Below, piece after piece: positions 1 through 13,939 of a stretch of 64,000 nucleotides of DNA (position 1 is its first letter; each line of letters starts with the position of its first letter). The position numbers and the translations under genes were made by a program. This DNA comes from Azolla caroliniana (taxonomy: Eukaryota > Plantae > Polypodiophyta): positions 1,488,001 to 1,552,000 of the forward strand of contig JBHGNT010000008.1 in the NCBI GenBank assembly GCA_043228905.1, written 5' to 3'. Under the pieces are notes generated by a model, which searched no databases, was not told where the DNA came from, and was given only the letters and a program-made list of their open reading frames with translations.

Positions 1-525
1 AAAGAATAAAATCCGTTTTGATAAAACTCATAGAATTCGACCTAAGAAAATAGAAGAAGGAGATTGGGTGCTCGTGTATGATAGCAGTTTAGATAATCAA
101 CATAGCACCGTCCGCAAGTTTGCTGAAAGATGGTTTGGGCCTTATATAGTAAGAAAAGTATATGATAACTTTACTTATAAGCTTAGTGAATTGGATGGGA
201 CACTAATCCTAAACGTGGTAGCTGGAAAGAGGATAAAAGTATTTAAGAAAAGGTTTGAGCTTGAACCTCCTCCAATAGATCAACATGAAGATGAAAGATA
301 GTGGCACATGCCGGAGGATGTGCAGGTCTAGAGGGGGTGGATGTCGTGAAGTACGAAAGCTTCACATTAAAAGTCTACAATAAGATAAATACGTAATGAA
401 AATAACATTTGATAATGTTTTATATATAAAGATAATATTAACAACACATATGATAATATTATATATATGTAAAGAAAAATAATATATATATATAGATAAA
501 TATATTATATTACACGAATAAGAGA

Positions 526-579
526 GGACTTGAACCAATAACCCCACCCTATGACTCTCAAATCTTACCATTTACTCTA
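526..579 (-). promoter_or_regulatory. tRNA-like Pol III A/B-box module in LTR U3 (copy a)
   Basis: Minus strand reads TAGAGTAAATGGTAAG ... GGTTCAAGTCC, span 54 nt. Confidence 0.6.
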
Positions 580-690
580 TACTAGTAATATACATAAAAT
601 AAAGCATACTTTATATATACTTTATATTACATAAAGGATTTGCTTCATGATATAAAAATAAAGTTCTATGTTGTATTCAATAGCATTTTG

Positions 691-744
691 AGACTCGAAC
701 CCACAACCTCATACACCAAAGTTGACACACCTACCATTAGGATA
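691..744 (-). promoter_or_regulatory. tRNA-like Pol III A/B-box module in LTR U3 (copy b)
   Basis: Minus strand reads TATCCTAATGGTAGG ... GAGGTTGTGGGTTCGAGTCT, span 54 nt. Confidence 0.6.
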
Positions 745-2543
745 GGCCCTTTCTCTTTAAGATTATGTTTTCATGTTTATTGTTATTGCATATATTGTTT
801 CATACATAAAAGCTCAAATGAGCGAGATGTTTATCATGCATCACATGTAATGCATGAACGCCAAATGGCGATCATGCATCACATGCATTTCATGCACTAC
901 ATGCATGATTTGTACCCTCCAATGCATCATATGCATGGGGGCACCTATTTAAATGGTGAAAGAGAAGATCAAAGGGGGATATGTATGAGATATCAATCAA
1001 ATTATGTATTACATAAGAGATACCATAAAATAGAGAAAGAAAGGAAGAAGTTCAAGAGAAAGGTGGAGCTCTAGCTTGGCGGTCGTGGTGGTCAACTCTC
1101 AACAAGAGGGAGGCGGTTCGAGCCTTATCTTCATCAAAATATTGAAGCGAAGATTGTAGTGGTCTACGATCAAGAAAGAGAAGAGCGATTACCTTGCAAG
1201 ACAAAGTTCGGAGGTTCAATGACGTGAACAACTACTTTTGTAACTCTTTCATCAAATAATTATAAATCTCTTTTATTGCTTCAAATATCATTCTATATCC
1301 TATCTTGTCATATCTTGTTGATCACTATTTATCTATCTCTACTCTTTCCTCTCTTCCGTCCATAATCCCAGTGATTCCTTCCTCACTTTCACGATATCTT
1401 TTGTCTACGCAACGCTACGCTTCTAGGCGAGCCACGCCACGCCCACTTCCCATTGCTCATCCAACAAGGTCTTCCAAGATCTGGTACGCCCCCGGAGGAA
1501 TTGATCATGGATATATGGTTAACGATTATTAGCTGCCTACGAGGGCAATTGGACAAGGTTTGCAGCCACTCTAACGACGTGATCACTGCTCATTTGCGCT
1601 TCTAGCAGAAATGACGAAACATGCCGATAGTGACACAAGGGGGAAACAACCCGAGGTGGAACTACCAGCCCCCACATTGGTTGTTTCCTATTCACCTCCC
1701 ACCCTCCCTTCGTTGTAGGCCACAGGATCCAGCTCATACTAGCCGGTGATGAAGGGCATTAGTTTATAGCTATAGGTACCTACTTACATTAAGTAGTCAG
1801 TTTGAAAGGATATGTACGTAGTCTCATATTCTTGAAATTGATCGAAGGGTAATTCCTCGATTTATGTATAAGACACCTTGTATATAGTCTTTTTGTAATA
1901 ATCTCTCCTCACAAATGGGAAAGTAAATTTTTTTTGAAAAAAAAACTTTCCTTCCTACTTAGTGTTTACGATATTTAAATTTTGCCTAGATTTTCTATAA
2001 TATTTATTTATTTCATTATTATTGTGATTGTTGGATGGAAGGTAATTGAACAATGTGGTTGACCTTACACAAAAATGCACACACAAATTGTATATAGTAA
2101 ACAAAACCTTGAAGCGCCTTTCGTGAGTAAGTACCTCCTCAACTTGGACAAGGTCATGATTCAAATCCTCACTTCCATACATTTTGTATTACACCACAAA
2201 TCATTTCTCCTAAACTACATGCCACATCGGGGAGTATCATCTCACAATCTCGTAATATTTGAGAAAGCAATCTCAATTATGGCATGATTTGTCTCTCTCC
2301 CTCTCTCTCCATCAAAGTCATAAAATTGAGAGAATTGTAGCTCGATCCTTGGCATGGGCTAGGCCCCACCTCATAGATCACAATTGGTTTCCAATGGACA
2401 TTAAAATGATATCTATATCTATCTCTCTATCTCTCCTCCCCCCATAGTGAATAATAAACTTTACATATGGTACACGAAAATGTTTCACTTTCGTACCATA
2501 GACCATATTTGACCTTCGAAGATTATAATAAATAACCTATTCA

Positions 2544-2778
2544 TCTCTCTCGCGCTCTCGTTCTCTCTCTCTCTCTCTAGTCTTATAAACCATTTGACCT
2601 CTTATAAGACAATAATATATCTTTCTCTCTCTTATTTTTGGTGAAAACACTCTTTTATATTGATAAATGTGTGTAAAAAACACTACAATGAGTGTAGTTA
2701 CCACAAGGGTAGTGAATCTCTCTCTCTCTCTCTCTCTTTATGGACCCCCCCATTCTCTTTATGGACTCCAACCTCTCT

Positions 2779-2813
<35 letters not shown>

Positions 2814-2827
2814 CCCCCCCCCCCCCC
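2544..2827. repeat. (CT)n microsatellites and poly-C tract
   Basis: Several CT runs and a C run at about 2811-2827 are directly visible. Confidence 0.9.
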
Positions 2828-3251
2828 ATCTTGTTCACCGAATAAGCACATATAATTGTTCTTTTGTTAGTTCACCCAGGGCAGTTGGAAGAATGATGAA
2901 GATATAAGTAAGGGCACTTTCTTTTTTGGAGGGTTGAGGGGCTTTGGAAAAATAACACAAAAAGATGAGCACTTAGAGAAGTGAAGAGAAACAAAACTAA
3001 CGAAAGCATTAAAACAACACGGTCGGGGAAGTGCAACAAAAATACGTAAAAAAGTGAGGGGCAGTCCGCGGAAAATAAAGAGAAACTCAAGAGGTGCATT
3101 TTCTAGTAGACTAGGGGCAGAGGTTTTTAAATAAAGAAACTGAAGAGCATCTATAAATACATAATACACAAAGGGCTGAGCTCCGATCTCTGTCAAGCTT
3201 CTCTCCATTTCAGCCCAATCATCCATAACATATTCAGACGTCAATGAAGAG

Positions 3252-3458
3252 ATGGTCGATGAATTAAACCATCATCATCATCATCATCATGGTGGTGGTG
3301 GTGATCATGACTCGTGGCTACATCTAGTGATCTCTTCTGCTGCACCTCCTCACAATGTATACTATGATAATGATCATATGTCCTTCATCAATTATTACCA
3401 CTCTTCCTTATCTTCTTCTTTGCCATCGCCTCTCACTACCTCTCAATCCTCCTCACAG
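3252..3458 (+). CDS. Putative first coding exon of a host gene (His/Gly/Ser-rich N-terminus); downstream exons not found
   Basis: CTATAAATA at about 3152, ATG 3252, 69 codons (MVDELNHHHHHHHGGGG...), strong donor CAG|GTAAC at 3459. Confidence 0.4.
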
Positions 3459-3476
3459 GTAACAATACATTTGTAA

Positions 3477-3568
3477 ATACATACATACATACATACATAC
3501 ATACATACATACATACATACATACATACATACATACATACATACATACATACATACATACATACATAC
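3477..3568. repeat. (TACA)n microsatellite
   Basis: Long perfect TACA run. Confidence 0.95.
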
Positions 3569-6500
3569 ACACACATATACATACCTACATACTCACACAT
3601 GCATGCATGCATATGTATAGTTAACTATATACTCATGTTTGGACATACACATAGTATGCAATATGGCATTACCCTATCCATATATGTATATTGTTGGCGG
3701 TATATTGGGAATGGGTATATTGGCTATGGGTATGGGTATGGGTATGTCCATGTCCTTGATTATAGGTATGTGTATGCATATAGGTCTATGTGTATCTACG
3801 CATGTGTAGGCCTATGATTATATCCATGTGTCTACATATGTGTAGGCTTATGATTATGTATCTGTACATTGTGCGGTGTATTTGTATATATGTGTGTGTG
3901 TCGTCCGCTACATATGCGATCATTCAGTTTGAATCCTCCCTTAATGCTGCTTGTATCAATCATCATCACCTAATTGTAACTTGCATTATTCAATGCTTTG
4001 TATTTATACAATGCGAAAAATTTGAGTATAATTGCACTTGACCTTTTTATTTAGTTATAATATTGTCTTGCAATTGTCATCTAGCCATGTTTGTCTAGTA
4101 TTAGGAATAATAATCATCCTTGTTGGTTTTGAATCAACTACCACTATTTCGTATTAGTCCATGATAGCATTCATCGCCCTCATCAACACATTGGTATTCA
4201 TCATCCTCATCTTATTGTGCTCGATATTATTGAATCAAAAGTTGATTGCATAAAGAAGTGGCATTCATCAATAACACATTAATTCAATAAAAAATCGAGC
4301 ATAAACAAGGTTGTATGAGGACTCATGAGTATCATAGAACTCATGATTCCAAGTACTAACACTAAAAGTTGTGAACTTGTCATTCAAGTTTGTACATGGC
4401 TCACATTTTCATACAATCTATGTCTAGTAAAGATGCATTAACCATAAAAGTGGCAGAAGTGTCACAATTTTTGTTTCCTTTCCATTAAAAGTGGTACTCT
4501 CGATTTGTGTTGTCATCTTTTTGTCATGTAGAATGCATTAGTCACTTCACTTTTTGGTCATTTATCTCTATCTTGAATAGTTCCAAGCACACTAATGTCC
4601 AAATGTGGGTATAAAGAGGTCATCCGTTATGTTACAATACTAGACTATATTTCTAGGACCATATAGAGCAATATTGACTCTCTGCATATTTTTAATGGTA
4701 TTGTAGTCTTCGAGGTCCTTCTTTCTCGAAAAAAGCATTACATTGGGCAACCTTATTGGTATAAGATCAAAATCCAGAATTGAGCAAACATGTGAATTTG
4801 ATGTGCGCGACCCATTTCAATTAGAGAAAACTGAAAGGGTCACCAATATACAAGAAGGTCGGCAATGTTGTCCATTCTTGGTTTGTGGAGGAGGATCTAT
4901 GTGGAAAAATAAAGTGACCAATAGGGTGATACCTCTTGGTTATCTTTTGAAAAAGGAAAGAAAGGTATCAACACCACATTGTGAGAGACTGAGAAAAAGT
5001 CACTCAAAACAACTTGAAACAAAAATACCTACCATTCATCGAAATGCTCCACTCAATTTTGCAAAGAGGTTTCCAACAAGTCCCCCCTCAAGGTCGCATT
5101 CAGAACAAGCTAGCCCAATTTTAGTTGAGTTCTCTAGCGAATGGAATGTATTTACTGGTGATCCATTTTTGCCATGGGAGAAGACAACTTTCTAGAACTT
5201 TTTTCATGATTTGATGCTTCAAGACATGTGCAATGTCATTGTAATCTCTTATTCATTGTATAGTTGAATATAGGAAAATGCATTTTCTAGTAGAAGTTTT
5301 GTTAAGAAATTGAAATTACAAATAATGCAAGGATGAATTGAAGTCTTTATTGAGAAGCATTCATTGTGCCGCAATCCCTAATTTCATGTTTTTTTTAGTT
5401 ATTCAAGATCCATTAACATGTTCTCATAATATTGTTCTGATATTTTGTAAATATCAAGCTTCCTAAATTTCGAGTAGAATACTACTATATTATTCCATCC
5501 TCAACCAATAAACAATGGAGGAGGAACCAATACTCGTTATTGATTGAAGATCGCCATACCATGCCATTTTATCTGCTCGATAAATGTTGGACATTCAGCT
5601 TGTTCTAAATATCAGAATTAACCCCCTCGATGTGTGTGATAGTCTATACTTTGTAAACCTCTTGGTCTTATAAACTAGTGAGGACAAGCCCCTCACATCT
5701 TAACATATGATGAAATTCACCTTAAGTTTTCTATTAATTTCCATTTTCAAAGCATATGGATATGGTTTTCTAATGGGAGAAATGTAAAGACAATGTGGGG
5801 TCTTTTATTATAGATGATTCGGGGAGAAACATCAACTTAGTGTGCCAACATTTATTGCTCATGATCCTATATCCATGATTTGGTTTTGTGAGAGTACTTA
5901 TAATTTTATACAAGCAATACAATGAATACTAAGATTCCTAGTTATATCTTTCATTATTTGTAACTTTATGCGAATAAACATATGATAAGCATTCAATTAT
6001 ATTGATAATCCATACATGCATTATATGCAAAGTCGTTTATACCAAACAAGTTGCCAACAAAAACATTAGAAGAAGCTAAGCATAAATATGTTAAATCTTA
6101 GTAGCAGCCCTATTGGGAAATGAAACAACTTGGAGTGGACACGCCATTCCCCAGTAATGTTGAAGAGGTATAACACACTGGACACTAGGATATGCTTGGT
6201 TAGTCTTTTCCTCAAAAGATTAGGTTTGAACTGTAGTATTAACTCCCCTTTATTGAATAAAACATTCACTCTATTGTGACAAAGTAGCATTTTTTTACAT
6301 TTGCATTATGCTACAAACATCATTTATAAATGTGTTTCTCCATAATTCCAATGCACTTGTGGAAATTTGTGTTGGAAAATCTACTGTTATAACGTGGAAT
6401 GGAGGACTATGTTCAATGCTAATTAATTAGTTGTTATTGCTTATGAGTCATGACCAAGCATTCTAGTAAACAAATAGTAAATAGAAGAGGGAACATGTTG

Positions 6501-9209
6501 GAATGTGGATCATGAGTGTCTTTCTATGTATGGACAACAATCCATATCTAAAAGCTTTCACCATTGATGATGCTTCAATGCATAAAAGTTCGTAACATCG
6601 TATGAAGATTTGAGAAAGCAAATCTCCCAACATACTAATGGTCCACATTCCAACAAAACATCTCATGGCATTCACAATTGTCATTGGGAAAGCTTTTCTA
6701 CATATAACTTGTTCTTCCAAGAAAATATCATGTCAACGATTATGTTCATTAATTCACAATTTGTGTTGTCTCGAAGAATTGAGGATTACATTTTTGAATA
6801 TGTTGACTAATGTAAAGAAAGTAAAAAAAATCGTAGGGACTTATTTTACTACTTTCTCTATGTAGATGTCCATTAACTTACAATATCTCATTTCTTACAT
6901 CCTTTTCCATAATGAGAAAATGTGTATCTTAACAATGTAGTTGATCTTTTGTGCAATAGTTTTGGGTTCGAATCATGTAGATGTTGATAGCATTGACACA
7001 TTGCACTCGTGACAATGTCTCGATTTGATCTCAATAGTTAGGATCTTCCTTGGATATTTTTTTTTTCCTTTCTTTTTACAAACCGTCTTCTTATCGTTGT
7101 CATATCATATGTTATTACATGATTCCAACCTTATTCATAAGTGAAAAAGAGTTGTACATATAACCCATTCACATCATGAGAACCTTTTTCCTAACCTAAT
7201 GTATCTTTATTTCATGAAGCTAAACATGTCACAATGAGGTCGATGAAATGGTTATCAATTTATTTGATAGGACATAATTGTGGGACATATTATACTCCAT
7301 ACATCATGTGGGTGTTATAGATGAAAATAGTGCTATCTTTTATGTCCCAAGTTATTGAGCTTGTACACCATGAGGAAATAAAGCTATCAAATTATCTAAT
7401 GAACAAAAATGCGTTGTCATATGTTTCATTTTCTAGGGCACATGTGTGGGACTTCTATGTCATCCACGATGTGATTGTTGTTGGCGTTATTATTTTTCTT
7501 TTTATCCTCCCCATATACGAGCAAGGATGCATTGAGTTGCCGTCCATACCCATGTGACTAGAACATAGTCGAGTGAGTTGAATTAAAAGTTTCTTCCAAC
7601 TCTTTTCAAATAAAGTGGCCTTAAGATGTTACATTTGGGTAACCTTTGGAGTTGCTTTTTAGAGGAAGGCCATAACTTCCACATGGAAACTCAATTTGAG
7701 GGATTCCCTCCCTAAGATCCATCCAATCACAACCTTGTGTATAGGGTTTTGATAACATTTATGCAAACCTTTTGCCATGTCAATCATAACATTTTTTACA
7801 TGGCAAAAAAAAATGGAGTCCAAAATTATCTTGATAGTTTTTTGTGTTTTGCATTTAATCTTTGTACAAAAATGATCAGTTGATTTTATTAGAAGGACAT
7901 CAATTGTTAATCATGCCATAATACCATAACAAATTCTATTTGGAATACTTTTTATCACAATGTTATTATGTGGTTTATAATGAATTTTAGTGCAACCGAG
8001 TCATGATTTTATTTTATTTATATAATTTTATAATGATCGGAGGTGCGAGATATGTGGAGTATGGCTCGAAGTTATATGTACATGGACAAGAAACCATAAC
8101 CAATGTTGTAACTTGTAACCATTGTATTGATGAGCATTTAACGTTACACAGTTTTTTGAAGTTTCGGTTATTGTCATTGTCAAAACCAAGCTACATTCTC
8201 TGTATTTGCTTTCATTCATAAGGATGCTTTTGAGGCACATGATTGCTTAAGATAATATATTTTCAACTAGCTTCTTTGACAAATTTGTCTCCCTCCCCAA
8301 CTCTAGCATTTAGTAAAGTCACAAACCTCTAGCAATAGGTGGTGTTGCAACTAAAACCGAACCATGAAACAATTGTTAAAATTATGGTGTAATAGACATA
8401 TAGTTTTATTTGGGTTCGGTTTGACTTGGGGAGTGGTGGGGGTTAACACTTGAGGTTCCTTTGGTTTGAAAGTGTATTTTGTTTGACGGTTTACGGCTCA
8501 TCAAGTCTAAAACCGTGGCTTAAATGGCTTGGAGGGTCATCTGACTTTATAAATTGACGTATTTCCTTAATGTTGATTTTATTATTTTTCTTAATTTTTT
8601 ATTGTTAGAAATATAAGTCGTAAGTTGTTTTCTAGTTTTCAAGTTTTTATTGAAAATCAAATTTACGAATTTCCCCTCAATACAATGTCCCCAATCCTAT
8701 ATATTTCTTCAAGGTTTGATGATATAATTGAAGGCTTCCTCGCCTATGGGTTCAACTTGTTGAAGCTTGGTGAGAACTCAAATGTTGTGTTGTTTTGAAT
8801 AATCTTTGTTATTGTTTACATGTTGATAAGATCTTGTTGCTTGACTACTTTCTTGAGCTTACTTCAAATGTAATGAAATCATTAGATGTAATTACAATTT
8901 AATTAATGATATTATTACTTCTAAGTAAGCTTTAATTCATCTATACATCCTCATTGAGCTTTTTATTTCTCGTAAAGTAAATTAATGGGATAATTCATAA
9001 ATTAATTGATTGTTATGAGTTAATTAATGGGATGTATGTGTTTTTGGTTAATTAATGGCATGGCAATTGAATACATATACCCAACCAATCTGGCATTGAG
9101 CTAATTGGGTGACTACTCATTAAGCAACATTACTAATCAAGTTCACTCTATTCAAATATATCATAAACCTAAGAACCTCTCTTATCTCACCGTTTTTGCA
9201 GCATGCAGG

Positions 9210-9373
9210 TCTAAAAGAAGTCATGCCAAGAGATGATAGTTAAAAGGTATGAATACATGTGCTTTTCCTAAATTGTTTTGATTAGAATGCATGCTCTAAA
9301 AGAAGTCATGCCAAGAGATGATAGTTAGAAGGTATGAATACATGTGTTTTTCCTAAATTGTTTTGATTAGAAT
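9210..9373 (+). repeat. ~80-bp tandem duplication upstream of the hAT ORF, containing a splice-donor-like AAG|GTATG
   Basis: TCTAAAAGAAGTCATGCCAAGAG...TTGATTAGAAT occurs twice. Confidence 0.85.
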
Positions 9374-9430
9374 TGGGAATTTGCCATTTATATTGAATTC
9401 ATCTTTTGCAATACAGAAATATCATATAAC

Positions 9431-11611
9431 ATGGAGTCAAGCATAGAAGTCCATATACCTAGCCCCATATCCTCACCCAATTCAATGGCATCAACTTCTA
9501 CGAAAAGCGCATCTAAAGCTCAACCCAAAAAGAGACAACGAACTTCATGGACCGAGCAACACATCATCTCTATCATGGAGAAAGGTGTGTCTCGTCGCCG
9601 ATGCTCATATTGTAATATTACATGGTCAAGTAGCACATCCACAGGCACAATTGCTAAACATTTATCAGATAAACATTGTATTCATAGCACATCTCAACCG
9701 CACTATTCTAATATTATGACCCGACCTCCTCGAGACACATCTAAGTTGTTCTCATCTCGCACATTAGACAAAAAAAGTGATAGCTCTATTGCAAAATACA
9801 TAATCCCAGACATCTTACCCCATGTGCACGATAAGTCCTTAGGTTTCAAACCATTCATCCATGATGTCTTGCCAAGTTATGAACTTACGCCAATTTATAC
9901 ATGGAAACAATCATTATTACACATGTATGTCGTTCTTCGCCAAACAATGATTAGGTTTTTGTCTAGACAAGAATCTCGCTTTGCCATAACATTTGATGGG
10001 TGGTCAAATAGTAGCAATTCAAAAGGATTTTATCCAATGACTTTACATTGGGTTTGTATAGAGTTAGCTAAGCCAATGTCTATGCTCTTTGACTTTTTAA
10101 ATGTATTTCCTGGTGATGGAGTAGGGAAACATTACGGTCAAGCTTTATTTACGCGTTTAAAATCATTTGGCATTTCTTCTCGTCTTTTTTGTACAACATC
10201 TGATGGTGCTAGTGATGCCCATGTGGCTTCAAAGGAGTTGGGTAGATTGCTCTTCGATTTGCATGGAATTGACATTTTGCCTTTATCTCATATGTTAAGA
10301 TGTATGGTTCATACATTTCAACTTGGTGTTAAGTCCGCATTAGAGGTCATCTCACCTTCTACTACGAAGTTAAGATCTACCTTGGTATTTATACGTTCTA
10401 GTAAAGTTTGTAGAGCTATATTTAGAAAATATTCTAGATCAATATATGAGCAATGCGAACAAGAGCCACCTCGTGTTGATGTCATTACCGAATGGAAATC
10501 CACCTTAATGATGTACCAAGAAGCAATAAAACTACGAGATGTCTTGAACTGCACCATAACCGACTCTGCTATTGTTGAGGAATTTGTTGATGGTTTGCTT
10601 ACCATAGAGGATTGGAATCACATACAAGCTATGGAACAATGGTTACTTTTGCCCACTAGAATATATAATTATTTAAGTGGGCCAAAGCACCACACCCTCT
10701 CAATAGCTACCCTTGCATTCAATGGTTTATTAACACATTGTAACAAATACTTGGGAATGGATGTGGAATCAATTGAGTCAGCCTCAGCTAAGGCCACCCT
10801 TCAAGTGCAACAAGAAGCAAGTGGGAAATGTTTACAATATTTGGTCAAATACCAAGAAACTTTGAAGTCCCTACCATCTCAAATTGCAATGTTTCTTGAT
10901 CCAAGGTATGTTGCTCTTTAATATATTTTTGTGTTTTTTCTCACTTTTAGAGTTCTATTGATATTCTTCCCTTTTTATTATATATGTTTTTGCATGCATA
11001 ATGCCTTCCATTTTGATTTTGATAGAGTTCCAACACATAATAACACAATTGAGAGAAACTTGGACATTGAATTGGTTCAAAACATATTGGATACAAATTA
11101 TCATATAGATGATTGTGTGAGCGCTACAATTGATGAAACATCTCAAGGAAAGCATATAGAACATGTTGATTTTTGGGAAATGTTGGGCGTCAATGAGAAT
11201 TGTCACGAATCAACATCTTCTTCCATATCAGAAATTGAACATTTTATGAAATTTCCTCAAGCAAAGATTGATACAGATCCACTTCAATGGTGGTTTAACA
11301 ATAGGTTTGCGTTACCTCGAATGTACAAGATGGCTTGTGACTATCTAGCTTTACCAGCTTCATCTATGCGTTTGGAAGAGGCTAACTTTGAAGCAAATGA
11401 GAACTTTCAAGAAGGAGTTCGATTGCGCTCATGCACTTTCAAGGCAAAAATGTACATTAGATCTTGGATGGATGTCCTTCATCAAGCTAACATTTCACTA
11501 CCTAAAGACTTCAATGAAGCATATCAAAATTTAGATGTAGATATGGAAGATATTGCCATGGAGGATGATGTAGTGGACTATATGTTAAGTGAAACAAGAG
11601 CACAAACTTAA
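9431..11611 (+). CDS. hAT-family transposase-like protein (BED zinc finger, hAT core, C-terminal dimerisation domain), 2 exons (9431-10905, 11026-11611), 686 aa
   Basis: BED finger CSYC..KHLSDKH; TFDGW, TTSDGA, CMVH, FLDPR; DPLQWW..LPRMYKMACDYLALPASS. A GT-AG intron at 10906-11025 joins the two ORFs in frame (AG|A = Arg). Confidence 0.85.
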
Positions 11612-13234
11612 ATTACTCATGTCTTTCAATTTAAACTCTTTCGGCTTAAATAATTTCAAAGTTTGGTTTGGGTTTCCCAAACCGATTTGAGGTAAATTGA
11701 ATCATTATCAGTTTCTAACCCCTTTCCCCCAATATTTTTTAATAAGTTGTGCATGTTTTCTCCTCTTTTAGCTACCAATATGGGCTCAAATGATTGACAA
11801 ATGTTTGTTTCTATGTTGACTTTTTCCTCCAACATCATGATACTAATATGATGAGCATTGAGCAACCCTTCAATATAATATAGAGAGTACTAGTTTTCTG
11901 CGCTATTGTCTTCGTGTTCTTTTGCACAAAAACCTTGACATTTTTAACATTTTAGCTCTCACCCCTTCAATTCAATCATCGTATTGAAATTCCCTCCATA
12001 GAGGGAAAAATGATATTGGTTTTGGCAATATTTTTATATAGTTTTTCTTAATAATTCCCTTACTCTTTCCACCCGAGTCCCTACAATGATCTAAAACACT
12101 AGAACGTGATATGACATATGGAGTCCATACCTCAAAAGGTCCCAATGATTGATCATTATCTAAATTCTCTCTAAATTTAGCTACATAGGACTTGCTAGAT
12201 TGGGCATCTTGTTTATCGTTGCTACACATAATACTTATATTAAAAAGTTGCATGAAGTGTTGTTAACTAGCCATAAAGTAGTTATTTTAAAGTTTTCATT
12301 TGCAATTTGGTGGAGTTAGTAAAATAAATTTTTGTATCCTATTTGGGCATGAATATCTATACTTGGAAATGAAGTCAATTAATATAGTTAGGAAATGAAG
12401 TATAAACTAGATAATTGGAGAATGAACTTGACTCTCTATATTTTTTTTCCAATTTATGCTTAGTTTGCTTATGTTGTTTTCTATGTCTTCATGATAGCTA
12501 ATTATATTATGTAACACATAGTAAAACTAGACAATTGGAATTGTCCCTTTAAAGGTCATTGTTTTTGGGAAATAGAAGAAGTAATTAAGCTACAAAAGAG
12601 AAAAGATAAAGTAGGAACATAAGACTCGCGATCACACCAATGTTGGGTATAAGGAAGCAAAAAAGATGTTAGAACTCGTGGGGATTTACTCATGGAAGTT
12701 TATGATTGAAGAATGGCATGAGCCATGAATTGGAAACAGAGATGCATTATTCGGCACGAAAGGTGTAGGGAATAATAAGGATGGAGTGTGATTGCGTGAA
12801 AAGGAGGATAAGTATTGATCTATGTTTAATCAAGACAAGAGAAATATGGATTTAATTAGCATTAACATATGCTTAATTATTGTGCATTTATGTCATTTAT
12901 TGCCAAACATCTCTTTCTTGAGCATCCATCAAATTGTGTTTGAAGAATACATATGGAATGTATACTTCTATTAACCCATGGACCGAATTTCAATTCTCTC
13001 TTTTTTGAGACAAATGTAGAGTATTTTGAGGATCTCGGAAAACAAAGAGAACCTTTCAAATGAAAAATTAGGGTAATTAGATAGACATATGCAAATATAT
13101 TATTAATATGAATAAGAGACCAATACGATCAATGGGAGTGTGAATATTGCTAAAATATGGGGTATTTATTTTGAAAAAAAGTCTTTTTCAATTTACTTGC
13201 CCTAGTGGGAAGCTATTACGCTATGAACAATAAC

Positions 13235-13688
13235 TGTTATGGGCATGCCATATAATATCCCGTGGTGAGAATTTACTATAGTATTCTATACACGTGGATA
13301 AGTGTGAGGGTTAAACAAGAGTGTAAAGAAGGGGATGATTACTTTTAATCCTCGGGATTGAGACAACCCATTAGGCCAAGTGTGAACTTGCCTGGGGGCC
13401 TTGGGTATCACTATAAATAAGAGGCCTAGCTACCCTCATTTCATCATCTTTTGACTACGTCGAGACTCTGTTCTTGTGGTGGGTCAACTCTTGTAGCGAG
13501 CATGCCAACACCAGGTACGACTCGACGCCACGATGGTGGTATGGGACGCCGATCGAGGCTCGAGTCCGTCTTGATCCCTTCGCTCGAGGGTGGTCGGGTG
13601 GATCGACACCCTTCTTTCTCTCTTTCCTCTCTATCTAGATCTATCATTTATCGTTATCCTTTGCTTACATTAGTACATATCTCTAATA
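13235..13688 (+). repeat. 5' LTR
   Basis: Direct repeat of 19782-20232, with about 20 substitutions and 2 indels by eye; TATAAATA at about 13412. Confidence 0.95.
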
Positions 13689-13939
13689 GTTGGTATTCGA
13701 GCTCATGTTCTAATGTTTCTTTTGTTGTCTTTGGTGTTCTTGATTGATGGTGATCGATCAATGTGCGGTCGGTCGGCCTTGATCCAGAAAACGATCAACA
13801 AAGAACTTCGGTAACTCTTTGCTTCTTCTTTTTTCTATTTTTTCTTCTCCCAACTAATCATGTATATAGTCTATATGTAATTTTTTTCATTAATTCAATG
13901 ATGTTGTAGTGGTAATTAATTGGTTCTATAAAACGTTTA

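Larger units (their letters stand above)
1..1396 (+). mobile_element. 3' end of a non-chromovirus Ty3/gypsy element: integrase C-terminus, PPT and 3' LTR
   Basis: 1-301 encodes VLVYDSSLDNQHST..KFAERWFGPY.V, homologous to 63700-63950. PPT AGAGGGGGTGGA at 330-341. LTR runs TGTCGTGAAG (342) to TTTCACGATA (1396). Confidence 0.85.
342..1396 (+). repeat. 3' LTR (~1055 bp)
   Basis: Starts directly after the PPT; imperfect terminal inverted repeat TGTCGTGAA/TTCACGATA; TATA-like TATTTAAA near 946. Confidence 0.75.

Noticed and set aside
526-744. LTR modules as functional tRNA genes
   Set aside because: Acceptor and anticodon stems do not pair; only the A and B boxes and their spacing are retained.
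640-1074. His/Met-rich 144-aa ORF
   Set aside because: Translation of ATGCAT-rich low-complexity sequence inside an LTR.
4100-8300. Possible decayed DNA-transposon or LINE coding remnants
   Set aside because: No motif could be read with confidence by eye; a translated search is needed.
3252-9431. Splicing of the His-rich exon onto the hAT ORF to make a fusion gene
   Set aside because: The exon ends in phase 0, the acceptor at 9416 needs phase 1, and the small candidate exon 9202-9246 has stops in all frames. Unseen intermediate exons cannot be excluded.
8341-11872. TIR pair for the hAT element (GGTGTTGCAA / GAGCAACCCT)
   Set aside because: The match is poor and no 8-bp TSD was seen.
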